Below are positions 39,227 through 50,331 of a stretch of DNA of 64,000 bases, one piece after another (the first letter of the stretch is position 1; each line of letters opens with the position of its first letter). The notes under the pieces are model-generated. The model worked only from the letters and a program-made list of their open reading frames with translations, was not told the DNA's origin and did no database searches. Source of the stretch: Eledone cirrhosa (Eukaryota); contig OZ024743.1 in the NCBI GenBank assembly GCA_964016885.1, positions 291,400,001 to 291,464,000 of the forward strand. The letters run 5' to 3'. Both the position numbers and the translations under genes were made by a program.

Positions 39227-42200
39227 AAATGGGGAGAACAATACTGCTGGCTGCACATGGATAACATGTAATAAAATAAGTCCCTCATCAGTGATTTTCC
39301 GACGATCATAGATATTTCATTGCATTAAAAATCATATACCTCACGTCGGTGCAATATTAACTAATTAAGTTATTATGACAATTAAAACGCGTAAAGCGAA
39401 TGAAACAAGATAACAACAAAGAGGATAGCTAACCGTAGAAGGAAGGGAACAAGCTTCATAGTTATTCTGTTAGCATAAGCTAGGTGAATATATGAGCGCT
39501 TAGAAAAAAGACCTTTCAGGAGCGAATTCAAATGTGAGAAAGAGAGAAAATGATTTCGTCGCGAACGGGGTGAAGTGAAAAGAGGAGAAACAGTGAGTGA
39601 GTGAGTGGAAGTGTGAGGAAGAGTTAACTGACATCACAGAGGGGGCGAAAGAAAGTAGGAGAAACAGAGAGAGCGAGGGAGCAGTAAGAGAGAGAGAGAG
39701 AAAGAAACAGAATCGCAGTTTAGGTAAATATATGTGGAAAAATGGGGAGAAGAATACTGCTGGTTGCACATGTATAAAATGTAATAAAATAAGTCCCTCA
39801 TCAGTGATTTGCCGACGATTATTGATATTTCATTGCATTAAAAATCATATACCTCACGTCGGTGCAATAATTAAATTAAGTTATCAGGACAATTAAAACG
39901 CGTAAAACGAGTGAAACAAGATAACAACAAAGAGGATAGCTAACCGTAGAAGGAAGGGAACAAGCTTCATAGTTATTCTGTTAGCATAAGCTAGGTGAAT
40001 ATATGAGCGCTTAGAAAAAAGACCTTTCAGGAGCGAATTCAAATGTGAGAAAGAGAGAAAATGATTTCGTCGCGAACGGGGTGAAGTGAGAAGAGGAGAA
40101 ACAGTGAGTGAGTGAGTGGAAGTGTGAGGAAGAGTTAACTGACATGACAGAGGGGGCGAAAGAAAGTAGGAGAAACAGAGAGAGCGAGGGAGCAGTAAGA
40201 GAGAAAGAGAGAAAAAAACAGAATCGCAGTTTAGGTAAATATATGTGAAAAAATGGGGAGAAGAATACTGCTGTTTGCACATGGATAAAATGTAATAAAA
40301 TAAGTCCCTCATCAGTGATTTGCCGACGATCATAGATATTTCATTGCATTAAAAATCATATACCTCACGTCGGTGCAATAATAACTAAATTAAGTTATTA
40401 GGACAATTAAAACGCGTAAAGCGAGTGAAACAAAATAACAACAAAGAGGATAGCTAACCGTAGAAGGAAGGGAACAAGCTTCATAGTAATTCTGTTAGCA
40501 TAAGCTAGGTGAATATATGAGCGCTTAGAAAAAAGACCTTTCAGGAGCGAATTCAAATGTGAGAAAGAGAGAAAATGATTTCGTCGCGAACGGGGTGAAG
40601 TGAAAAGAGGAGAAACAGTGAGTGAGTGAGTGGAAGTGTGAGGAAGAATTAACTGACATGACAGAGGGGGCGAAAGAAAGTAGGAGAAACAGAGAGAGCG
40701 AGGGAGCAGTAAGAGAGAGAGAGAGAAAGAAACAGAATCGCAGTTTAGGTAAATATATGTGAAAAAAAGGGGAGAAGAATACTGCTGGTTGCACATGGAT
40801 AAAATGTAATAAAATAAGTCCCTCATCAGTGATTTGCCGACGATCATTGATATTTCATTGCATTAAAAATCATATACCTCACGTCGGTGCAATAATTAAA
40901 TTAAGTTATCAGGACAATTAAAACGCGTAAAACGAGTGAAACAAGATAACAACAAAGAGGATAGCTAACCGTAGAAGGAAGGGAACAAGCTTCATATTTA
41001 TTCTGTTAGCATAAGCTAGGTGAATATATGAGCGCTTAGAAAAAAGACCTTTCAGGAGCGAATTCAAATGTGAGAAACAGAGAAAATGATTTCGTCGCGA
41101 ACGGGGTGAAGTGAGAAGAGGAGAAACAGTGAGTGAGTGAGTGGAAGTGTGAGGAAGAGTTAACTGACATGACAGAGGGGGCGAAAGAAAGTAGGAGAAA
41201 CAGAGAGAGCGAGGGAGCAGTAAGAGAGAAAGAGAGAAAAAAACAGAATCGCAGTTTAGGTAAATATATGTGAAAAAATGGGGAGAAGAATACTGCTGTT
41301 TGCACATGGATAAAATGTAATAAAATAAGTCCCCCATCAGTGATTTGCCGACGATCATAGATATTTCATTGCATTAAAAATCATATACCTCACGTCGGTG
41401 CAATAATAACTAAATTAAGTTATTAGGACAATTAAAACGCGTAAAGCGAGTGAAACAAAATAACAACAAAGAGGATAGCTAACCGTAGAAGGAAGGGTAC
41501 AAGCTTCATAGTTATTCTGTTAGCATAAGCTAGGTGAATATATGAGCGCTTAGAAAAAAGACCTTTCAGGAGCGAATTCAAGTGTGAGAAAGAGAGAAAA
41601 TGATTTCGTCGCGAACGGGGTGAAGTGAGAAGAGGAGAAACAGTGAGTGAGTGAGTGGAAGTGTGAGGAAGAGTTAACTGACATGACAGAGGGGGCGAAA
41701 GAAAGTAGGAGAAACAGAGAGAGCGAGGGAGCAGTAAGAGAGAAAGAGAGAAAAAAACAGAATCGCAGTTTAGGTAAATATATGTGAAAAAATGGGGAGA
41801 AGAATACTGCTGTTTGCACATGGATAAAATGTAATAAAATAAGTCCCTCATCAGTGATTTTCCGACGATCATAGATATTTCATTGCATTAAAAATCATAT
41901 ACCTCACGTCGGTGCAATATTAACTAATTAAGTTATTATGACAATTAAAACGCGTAAAGCGAATGAAACAAGATAACAACAAAGAGGATAGCTAACCGTA
42001 GAAGGAAGGGAACAAGCTTCATAGTTATTCTGTTAGCATAAGCTAGGTGAATATATGAGCGCTTAGAAAAAAGACCTTTCAGGAGCGAATTCAAATGTGA
42101 GAAAGAGAGAAAATGATTTCGTCGCGAACGGGGTGAAGTGAAAAGAGGAGAAACAGTGAGTGAGTGAGTGGAAGTGTGAGGAAGAGTTAACTGACATCAC

Positions 42201-45200
42201 AGAGGGGGCGAAAGAAAGTAGGAGAAACAGAGAGAGCGAGGGAGCAGTAAGAGAGAGAGAGAGAAAGAAACAGAATCGCAGTTTAGGTAAATATATGTGA
42301 AAAAATGGGGAGAAGAATACTGCTGGTTGCACATGTATAAAATGTAATAAAATAAGTCCCTCATCAGTGATTTGCCGACGATTATTGATATTTCATTGCA
42401 TTAAAAATCATATACCTCACGTCGGTGCAATAATTAAATTAAGTTATCAGGACAATTAAAACGCGTAAAACGAGTGAAACAAGATAACAACAAAGAGGAT
42501 AGCTAACCGTAGAAGGAAGGGAACAAGCTTCATAGTTATTCTGTTAGCATAAGCTAGGTGAATATATGAGCGCTTAGAAAAAAGACCTTTCAGGAGCGAA
42601 TTCAAATGTGAGAAAGAGAGAAAATGATTTCGTCGCGAACGGGGTGAAGTGAGAAGAGGAGAAACAGTGAGTGAGTGAGTGGAAGTGTGAGGAAGAGTTA
42701 ACTGACATGACAGAGGGGGCGAAAGAAAGTAGGAGAAACAGAGAGAGCGAGGGAGCAGTAAGAGAGAAAGAGAGAAAAAAACAGAATCGCAGTTTAGGTA
42801 AATATATGTGAAAAAATGGGGAGAAGAATACTGCTGTTTGCACATGGATAAAATGTAATAAAATAAGTCCCTCATCAGTGATTTGCCGACGATCATAGAT
42901 ATTTCATTGCATTAAAAATCATATACCTCACGTCGGTGCAATAATAACTAAATTAAGTTATTAGGACAATTAAAACGCGTAAAGCGAGTGAAACAAAATA
43001 ACAACAAAGAGGATAGCTAACCGTAGAAGGAAGGGAACAAGCTTCATAGTTATTCTGTTAGCATAAGCTAGGTGAATATATGAGCGCTTAGAAAAAAGAC
43101 CTTTCAGGAGCGAATTCAAATGTGAGAAAGAGAGAAAATGATTTCGTCGCGAACGGGGTGAAGTGAAAAGAGGAGAAACAGTGAGTGAGTGAGTGGAAGT
43201 GTGAGGAAGAATTAACTGACATGACAGAGGGGGCGAAAGAAAGTAGGAGAAACAGAGAGAGCGAGGGAGCAGTAAGAGAGAGAGAGAGAAAGAAACAGAA
43301 TCGCAGTTTAGGTAAATATATGTGAAAAAAAGGGGAGAAGAATACTGCTGGTTGCACATGGATAAAATGTAATAAAATAAGTCCCTCATCAGTGATTTGC
43401 CGACGATCATTGATATTTCATTGCATTAAAAATCATATACCTCACGTCGGTGCAATAATTAAATTAAGTTATCAGGACAATTAAAACGCGTAAAACGAGT
43501 GAAACAAGATAACAACAAAGAGGATAGCTAACCGTAGAAGGAAGGGAACAAGCTTCATATTTATTCTGTTAGCATAAGCTAGGTGAATATATGAGCGCTT
43601 AGAAAAAAGACCTTTCAGGAGCGAATTCAAATGTGAGAAACAGAGAAAATGATTTCGTCGCGAACGGGGTGAAGTGAGAAGAGGAGAAACAGTGAGTGAG
43701 TGAGTGGAAGTGTGAGGAAGAGTTAACTGACATGACAGAGGGGGCGAAAGAAAGTAGGAGAAACAGAGAGAGCGAGGGAGCAGTAAGAGAGAAAGAGAGA
43801 AAAAAACAGAATCGCAGTTTAGGTAAATATATGTGAAAAAATGGGGAGAAGAATACTGCTGTTTGCACATGGATAAAATGTAATAAAATAAGTCCCCCAT
43901 CAGTGATTTGCCGACGATCATAGATATTTCATTGCATTAAAAATCATATACCTCACGTCGGTGCAATAATAACTAAATTAAGTTATTAGGACAATTAAAA
44001 CGCGTAAAGCGAGTGAAACAAAATAACAACAAAGAGGATAGCTAACCGTAGAAGGAAGGGTACAAGCTTCATAGTTATTCTGTTAGCATAAGCTAGGTGA
44101 ATATATGAGCGCTTAGAAAAAAGACCTTTCAGGAGCGAATTCAAGTGTGAGAAAGAGAGAAAATGATTTCGTCGCGAACGGGGTGAAGTGAGAAGAGGAG
44201 AAACAGTGAGTGAGTGAGTGGAAGTGTGAGGAAGAGTTAACTGACATGACAGAGGGGGCGAAAGAAAGTAGGAGAAACAGAGAGAGCGAGGGAGCAGTAA
44301 GAGAGAAAGAGAGAAAAAAACAGAATCGCAGTTTAGGTAAATATATGTGAAAAAATGGGGAGAAGAATACTGCTGTTTGCACATGGATAAAATGTAATAA
44401 AATAAGTCCCTCATCAGTGATTTGCCGACGATTATTGATATTTCATTGCATTAAAAATCATATACCTCACGTCGGTGCAATAATTAAATTAAGTTATCAG
44501 GACAATTAAAACGCGTAAAACGAGTGAAACAAGATAACAACAAAGAGGATAGCTAACCGTAGAAGGAAGGGAACAAGCTTCATAGTTATTCTGTTAGCAT
44601 AAGCTAGGTGAATATATGAGCGCTTAGAAAAAAGACCTTTCAGGAGCGAATTCAAATGTGAGAAAGAGAGAAAATGATTTCGTCGCGAACGGGGTGATGT
44701 GAGAAGAGGAGAAACAGTGAGTGAGTGAGTGGAAGTGTGAGGAAGAGTTAACTGACATGACAGAGGGGGCGAAAGAAAGTAGGAGAAACAGAGAGAGCGA
44801 GGGAGCAGTAAGAGAGAAAGAGAGAAAAAAACAGAATCGCAGTTTAGGTAAATATATGTGATAAAATGGGGAGAAGAATACTGCTGTTTGCACATGGATA
44901 AAATGTAATAAAATAAGTCCCCCATCAGTGATTTGCCGACGATCATAGATATTTCATTGCATTAAAAATCATATACCTCACGTCGGTGCAATAATAACTA
45001 AATTAAGTTATTAGGACAATTAAAACGCGTAAAGCGAGTGAAACAAGGTAACAACAAAGAGGATAGCTAACCGTAGAAGGAAGGGAACAAGCTTCATAGT
45101 TATTCTCTTAGCATAAGCTAGGTGAATATATGAGCGCTTAGAAAAAAGACCTTTCAGGAGCGAATTCAAATGTGAGAAAGAGAGAAAATGATTTCGTCGC

Positions 45201-45598
45201 GAACGGGGTGAAGTGAGAAGAGGAGAAACAGTGAGTGAGTGAGTGGAAGTGTGAGGAAGAGTTAACTGACATGACAGAGGGGGCGAAAGAAAGTAGGAGA
45301 AACAGAGAGAGCGAGGGAGCAGTAAGAGAGAGAGAGAGAAAAACAGAATCGCAGTTAGGTATATATATGTGAAAAAATGGGGAGAAGAATACTGCTGGTT
45401 GCACATGGATAAAATGTAATAAAATAAGTCCCTCATCAGTGATTTGCCGACGATCATAGATATTTCATTGCATTAAAAATCATATACCTCACGTCGGTGC
45501 AATAATAACTAAATTAAGTTATTAGGACAATTAAAACGCGTAAAGCGAGTGAAACAAAATAACAACAAAGAGGATAGCTAACCGTAGAAGGAAGGGAA
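39221..45598 (-). repeat. Tandem array of ~512-bp units (~12.4 copies) with a 5-monomer (2563-bp) higher-order repeat
   Basis: Equivalent positions 39500, 40011, 40525, 41036, 41550, 42063, 42574, 43088, 43599, 44113, 44624, 45138 (spacings 511/514/511/514/513 repeating). Bounded by (TA)n on both sides. Confidence 0.97.
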
Positions 45599-45624
45599 TA
45601 TATATATATATATATATCTTGTAT

Positions 45625-45880
45625 TACAAGATGTCGTAGGACAGAACAAAGAAGAGGCACAACAACAAAGAAAAAAATCCCCAGTCACTGAAGAGGTTAC
45701 ATAATGTGTCACGAAAGAACTTTGACAATATATGAACAATCGTCTGGTTGTGGAACCAACCAACCGGAAATTTATAAATTCTTAAATTTGTAAATTTAAT
45801 TTATAATAAATTGAAAAGAAAGCATGTGGTGCGTGTGTTTCTTATTGGCAACATGACCCTCCCAAAGCATAACAATACAT
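45625..45880 (+). mobile_element. Solo, diverged terminal repeat of the 19.6-25.4 kb PLE, with HHR at 45681-45727
   Basis: Matches 25110-25358; CCAGTCA-CTGAAGA-GGTTACATAATGTGTCAC-GAAA-GAAC-TT-TGAC. Confidence 0.85.
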
Positions 45881-46049
45881 ATATAAGCAAGTATGTTTTG
45901 AAACAGTGAGCATGTTTGAAATTAGAAAATAGAATAGCTTTCACCGTATTTTTGACTAAAGAAATTTTAGTCAGATAAATGGAAAAAGATGAGTATTGAC
46001 GTACATGTGTGTCGAACCCACATCTTAGGTTATCCAGACCATTGTTTTA

Positions 46050-46091
<42 letters not shown>

Positions 46092-46096
<5 letters not shown>

Positions 46097-46740
46097 AATT
46101 CAATATAAAATTATGATCAACACTAATGTGTTTTTTTTGCATATTGACAATAAATTATCCAGATAGAAATACCTTAATTCAAGTACATAAAATCCGCCTG
46201 TATCGATCTAAAAAATAATATATCTATACTTACCTAGAAATAACAGCCATAAATATTTACGGCTGTTATTTCTAGCGACATGGATATGAGCCAGAGTGCT
46301 GGGAAAGTCGAGCGCAAAAGCACATGTATTTGGCATGCGAGAGACCAGTCTTAAGATATTTATCCTAGGTGAAGTAACTCTAATTTATCTGGGTGCCTAT
46401 TGAGAATTACAGAAAATTGAATATTTCACTAATAATTATTTCATAAATAATTATTTCGTAATTAATTAATTATTTCATTAGTATACCATCCTTTGTGAAA
46501 CAGGTTTATTTTTTGAAGTTCGGACTGATCTGCTGAAAAGGTTTGAATTTTGAAATTTAAACTTGTCTAGGCACCAGGGCAGTTGCCATTTTAAGTCTGT
46601 AAGTATTGGTTTATTATTTTTTAGATCGATACAGGCGGACTTTATGTACTTGAATTAAGGTATTTCTATCTGGCTAATTTATTGTCAATTTGCAAAAAAA
46701 ACACATTAGTGTTGATCATAATTTTATATTGAATTGTACT
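46092..46740. repeat. Foldback element with ~128-bp terminal inverted repeats and an internal palindrome
   Basis: 46092-46220 is inverted with 46612-46740. CTAGAAATAACAGCC..GGCTGTTATTTCTAG at 46234-46275. Confidence 0.8.
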
Positions 46741-46774
46741 GTAATGCTCAGAAGTATGTCTTAGAGCTTAATAA

Positions 46775-46864
<90 letters not shown>

Positions 46865-47075
46865 ACTTACACTTATTACTTTACAAGACTCCCAAGTAAA
46901 GAAACAAACGTACGTACTTCGTTGAGTGCTCCTGCCTGCATACTGAGCTGTCGGTAAACAACCAACACATACACAAATGTAAAAATATATATATATGTGT
47001 GTCTGATGGTAGCTAAGAAGCTTCCATAGGCTGTTTGCCGGTTGAGTTCAGATGTATCACTGATTTTCCGTTTTC

Positions 47076-47142
<67 letters not shown>

Positions 47143-47143
<1 letters not shown>

Positions 47144-49471
47144 GATATTAACAAATGGAAACTATATTTATAAAACCATATTTATTTCATTATACATATT
47201 TCAAGGAGACCAAGTTAAATTATGGTGTGCTTTCATCAGATAAAATATAATATAGATCAGTTTTATAAATAAATATTGACATATCCTTAAAGAATGCAAC
47301 CATTGCTGTTGGAAGCTCCCGGATAGTGGAGTTGTAGCTTTAATTATATTATTAGTATTGGATATTTTTTATTTTTAAAATAAGCCGTTGTGTTACGGAG
47401 AAAGAGAAAGATAGAGAAGGAGAGAGAGAGAAATAAAGAGAGAAAGACCAGAACAACTGAGAGAGAGAATGAGGAGACCGAAAAAGAAATAGAACTAGGA
47501 ATATATTATGGTTCGCTCCTCCTTTCTCATTAAATATTAAAACTCCTATTGCTAAACTATTTTTTAAAGCTCTTTACAAATGCTTCCCTAGAACACATAG
47601 ACATTACTCAATTTTTTTAATAGACATACTATAAAATTAACTTATTCTTCCACCAAAAATTTAGCGCAAAATATTAATAGAATTAATAATAGAAATTTAA
47701 AACCTAACCAAAATACCAATAATAACCCAAGCAATATCCAATTTGATAAATGTAACTGTAGAAACAATTCTAACTGCCCGTTAAATAACAATTGCTTAGC
47801 TATAAAAACAGTATATAATTGTAATGTAAAAACTAATTTAAATTCAGTTAATTGTGTGGGATCCACTTCCACAGAGTTTAAAACCCGCTTCAATAATCAT
47901 AAAAATTATTTTACAGATTCAAACAAAAAATGTTCAACTTCTCTATCTAGCCTATTATGGGACCTAAAACTAAAGAACGTTGAATATTCGTTGATTTGGA
48001 ATATTATTTCAAATGCTACTCCTTTTAACTCCTCTTCAGAAAATTGTGATCTTTGTATAGAGGAAATATTCTTTATATTAAAGACCAAAAATTAACTGAA
48101 CTTAAGAAATAATGTATTCAGTTGCTGCAGACATAGATTAATCACAACGTTTAAATATAATATAAATATAAATTTAAAATGTAATATATAATTAAATAAT
48201 TAATTTTATAATATATTGCACCTGTCGGTAATTCATTAGATTCCATCACCTTCTTTTTTTAGTGATTATACACTCAAGTAAAAAATAATTTTCTTCCTAA
48301 ATATAAATAAATATAATAAACTATTCTAGAGAAATATATTGAAAGGAGAAAATATTTCTTCATTTTTTTTTTATTGTTTGATAGCTTCTCCTATTTTCGA
48401 AAGTTTATCCTTTCAAAGTTTCTGTTTATTTCACTTATGGATATAAAATTAAGTTAAATATACGTAGAAAATTTCTATTTTAAAATAATATTGTTTTAAA
48501 AGTTATATTGCTTATAATTATATTTCCAAATTGTAATATAATTATTTTGTATTTTATGTACTCAATTATACTATGTACTGTATCTATATATACTTCTCTA
48601 TATATGTGTGTATATATGTATATGTGTGTATTGACATACATGTACATATGTTTTTATGCGTGTATATCTATCTGTATGTATATGTGATGCGTATCTACCT
48701 TTTTGTTGAGGGTATATATATGTATGTATATGTGGGAATTGTGTATGTACATGTGCGTGTATATACATACAGTTAGATTGCACTTATGTATAGTGATTAT
48801 CCCAAGATTCATGACAGATAGACATATAATAACAGCCATAAATACATAACAGGTAATCTTATAAAAATTATATTTAAAAAGATTTTGTTTAATAACATAA
48901 AGTGTGTAAAACATAAACTTTTCTTTTAATATCTTAACAATTATAACATTTTATAAGATGCCTATATCTTAAATTAAATTAAAGAATCCTTTATGTTTGT
49001 GTCTATATATTATATAAGTAATTAGATATGTATATGTATTTTATAAGTGTCTATATATATTTATATGTATTTACTTTTGCATCTGTATACGTGTTATATA
49101 ATATATAGTTTTTCGTTCTCTCCCCTTTTCTCTGTCTCCTCTCTCTCTCTATCTTTCCCTCTCTGTTGTTCTGGTCTTTCTCTCGTTCTTTCTCACTCTC
49201 TCCTTCTCTATCTTTCTCTTTCTCCGTAACACAACGGCTTATTTTAAAAATAAAAATATCCAATACTAATAATATAATTAAAGCTGCAACTCCACTATCC
49301 GGGAGCTTCCAACAGCAATGGTTACATTCTTTAAGGAGATGTCAATATTTATTTATAAAACTGATCTATATTATATTTTATCTGCACACCATAATTTAAC
49401 TCGGTCTCCTTGAAATGTGTATAATGAAATACATATGGTTTTATAAATATAGTTTCCATTTGATAATATCG
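47143..49471 (+). mobile_element. 5'-truncated Naiad-type PLE with inverted terminal repeat
   Basis: 47500-48150 encodes IIWFAPPFS..KCNCRNNSNCPLNNNC..VGSTSTEFKTRFNNH..CDLCIEE..CCRH. 47143-47490 is inverted with 49105-49471. Confidence 0.85.
47184..47246 (-). ncRNA. Type-I hammerhead ribozyme in the inverted pLTR
   Basis: Minus: ATTTTAT-CTGATGA-AAGCACACCA(TAATTTAACT)TGGTCTCCTT-GAAA-TATGTA-TA-ATGAAAT. Confidence 0.72.
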
Positions 49472-49559
49472 CATTTTTACTAAAAATATTTGTTGAGTGC
49501 TCTATATCAGTTATAAAAATATTTTCTTGTTGTATCCCAACAATTTAAATAGAACTTTT

Positions 49560-49685
<126 letters not shown>

Positions 49686-49895
49686 AAGTGTTCGACGGCT
49701 AAGTGAAAAGTAGAATTTAAATATTCATTTTGTTAAGGCTAAATACGATTCATATTCCTCTCGAGTTTGACCTGTTTATCACAGGGTTATCAAAAGGAAC
49801 TGATGACCCCGTGATAAACAGGCACACTCCCTCCACTGTAACAACGCACATGATTTAAAATAAACTGAATATTTATATATATTTATATATATTTA

Positions 49896-49947
<52 letters not shown>

Positions 49948-50053
49948 AATCTATCTCTCTCTCTCTATATATATATAGAGAGAGAGCGGGAGGGAGTTTC
50001 AGAAGATCCCGTTAAGGGTGAAAGCAGCGATTCTTTGCTTAAATGTAATCTGT

Positions 50054-50149
<96 letters not shown>

Positions 50150-50246
50150 TTTATTAAATGAAAATCTAATCTCTGCTTCCGAATTGATTGTTTTCTCTCA
50201 GCCGTCAACCACAAACGTGTGTATATACACATGCGTGTGTGTGTGT

Positions 50247-50289
<43 letters not shown>

Positions 50290-50294
50290 TGTGT

Positions 50295-50331
<37 letters not shown>

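Noticed and set aside
39500-45457. Repeated 89-aa and 146-aa hydrophobic ORFs as a tandem gene family, or the array as CRISPR
   Set aside because: The ORFs derive from CT-rich low-complexity sequence in overlapping frames, and the 146-aa frame is absent from some units. There are no unique spacers or cas genes, and the context is eukaryotic.
47740-48140. Selenocysteine (in-frame TGA at Cys) as described for some Naiad PLEs
   Set aside because: All conserved Cys positions read here and at 61.9-62.3 kb are TGT/TGC; the interrupting stop near 48093 is TAA
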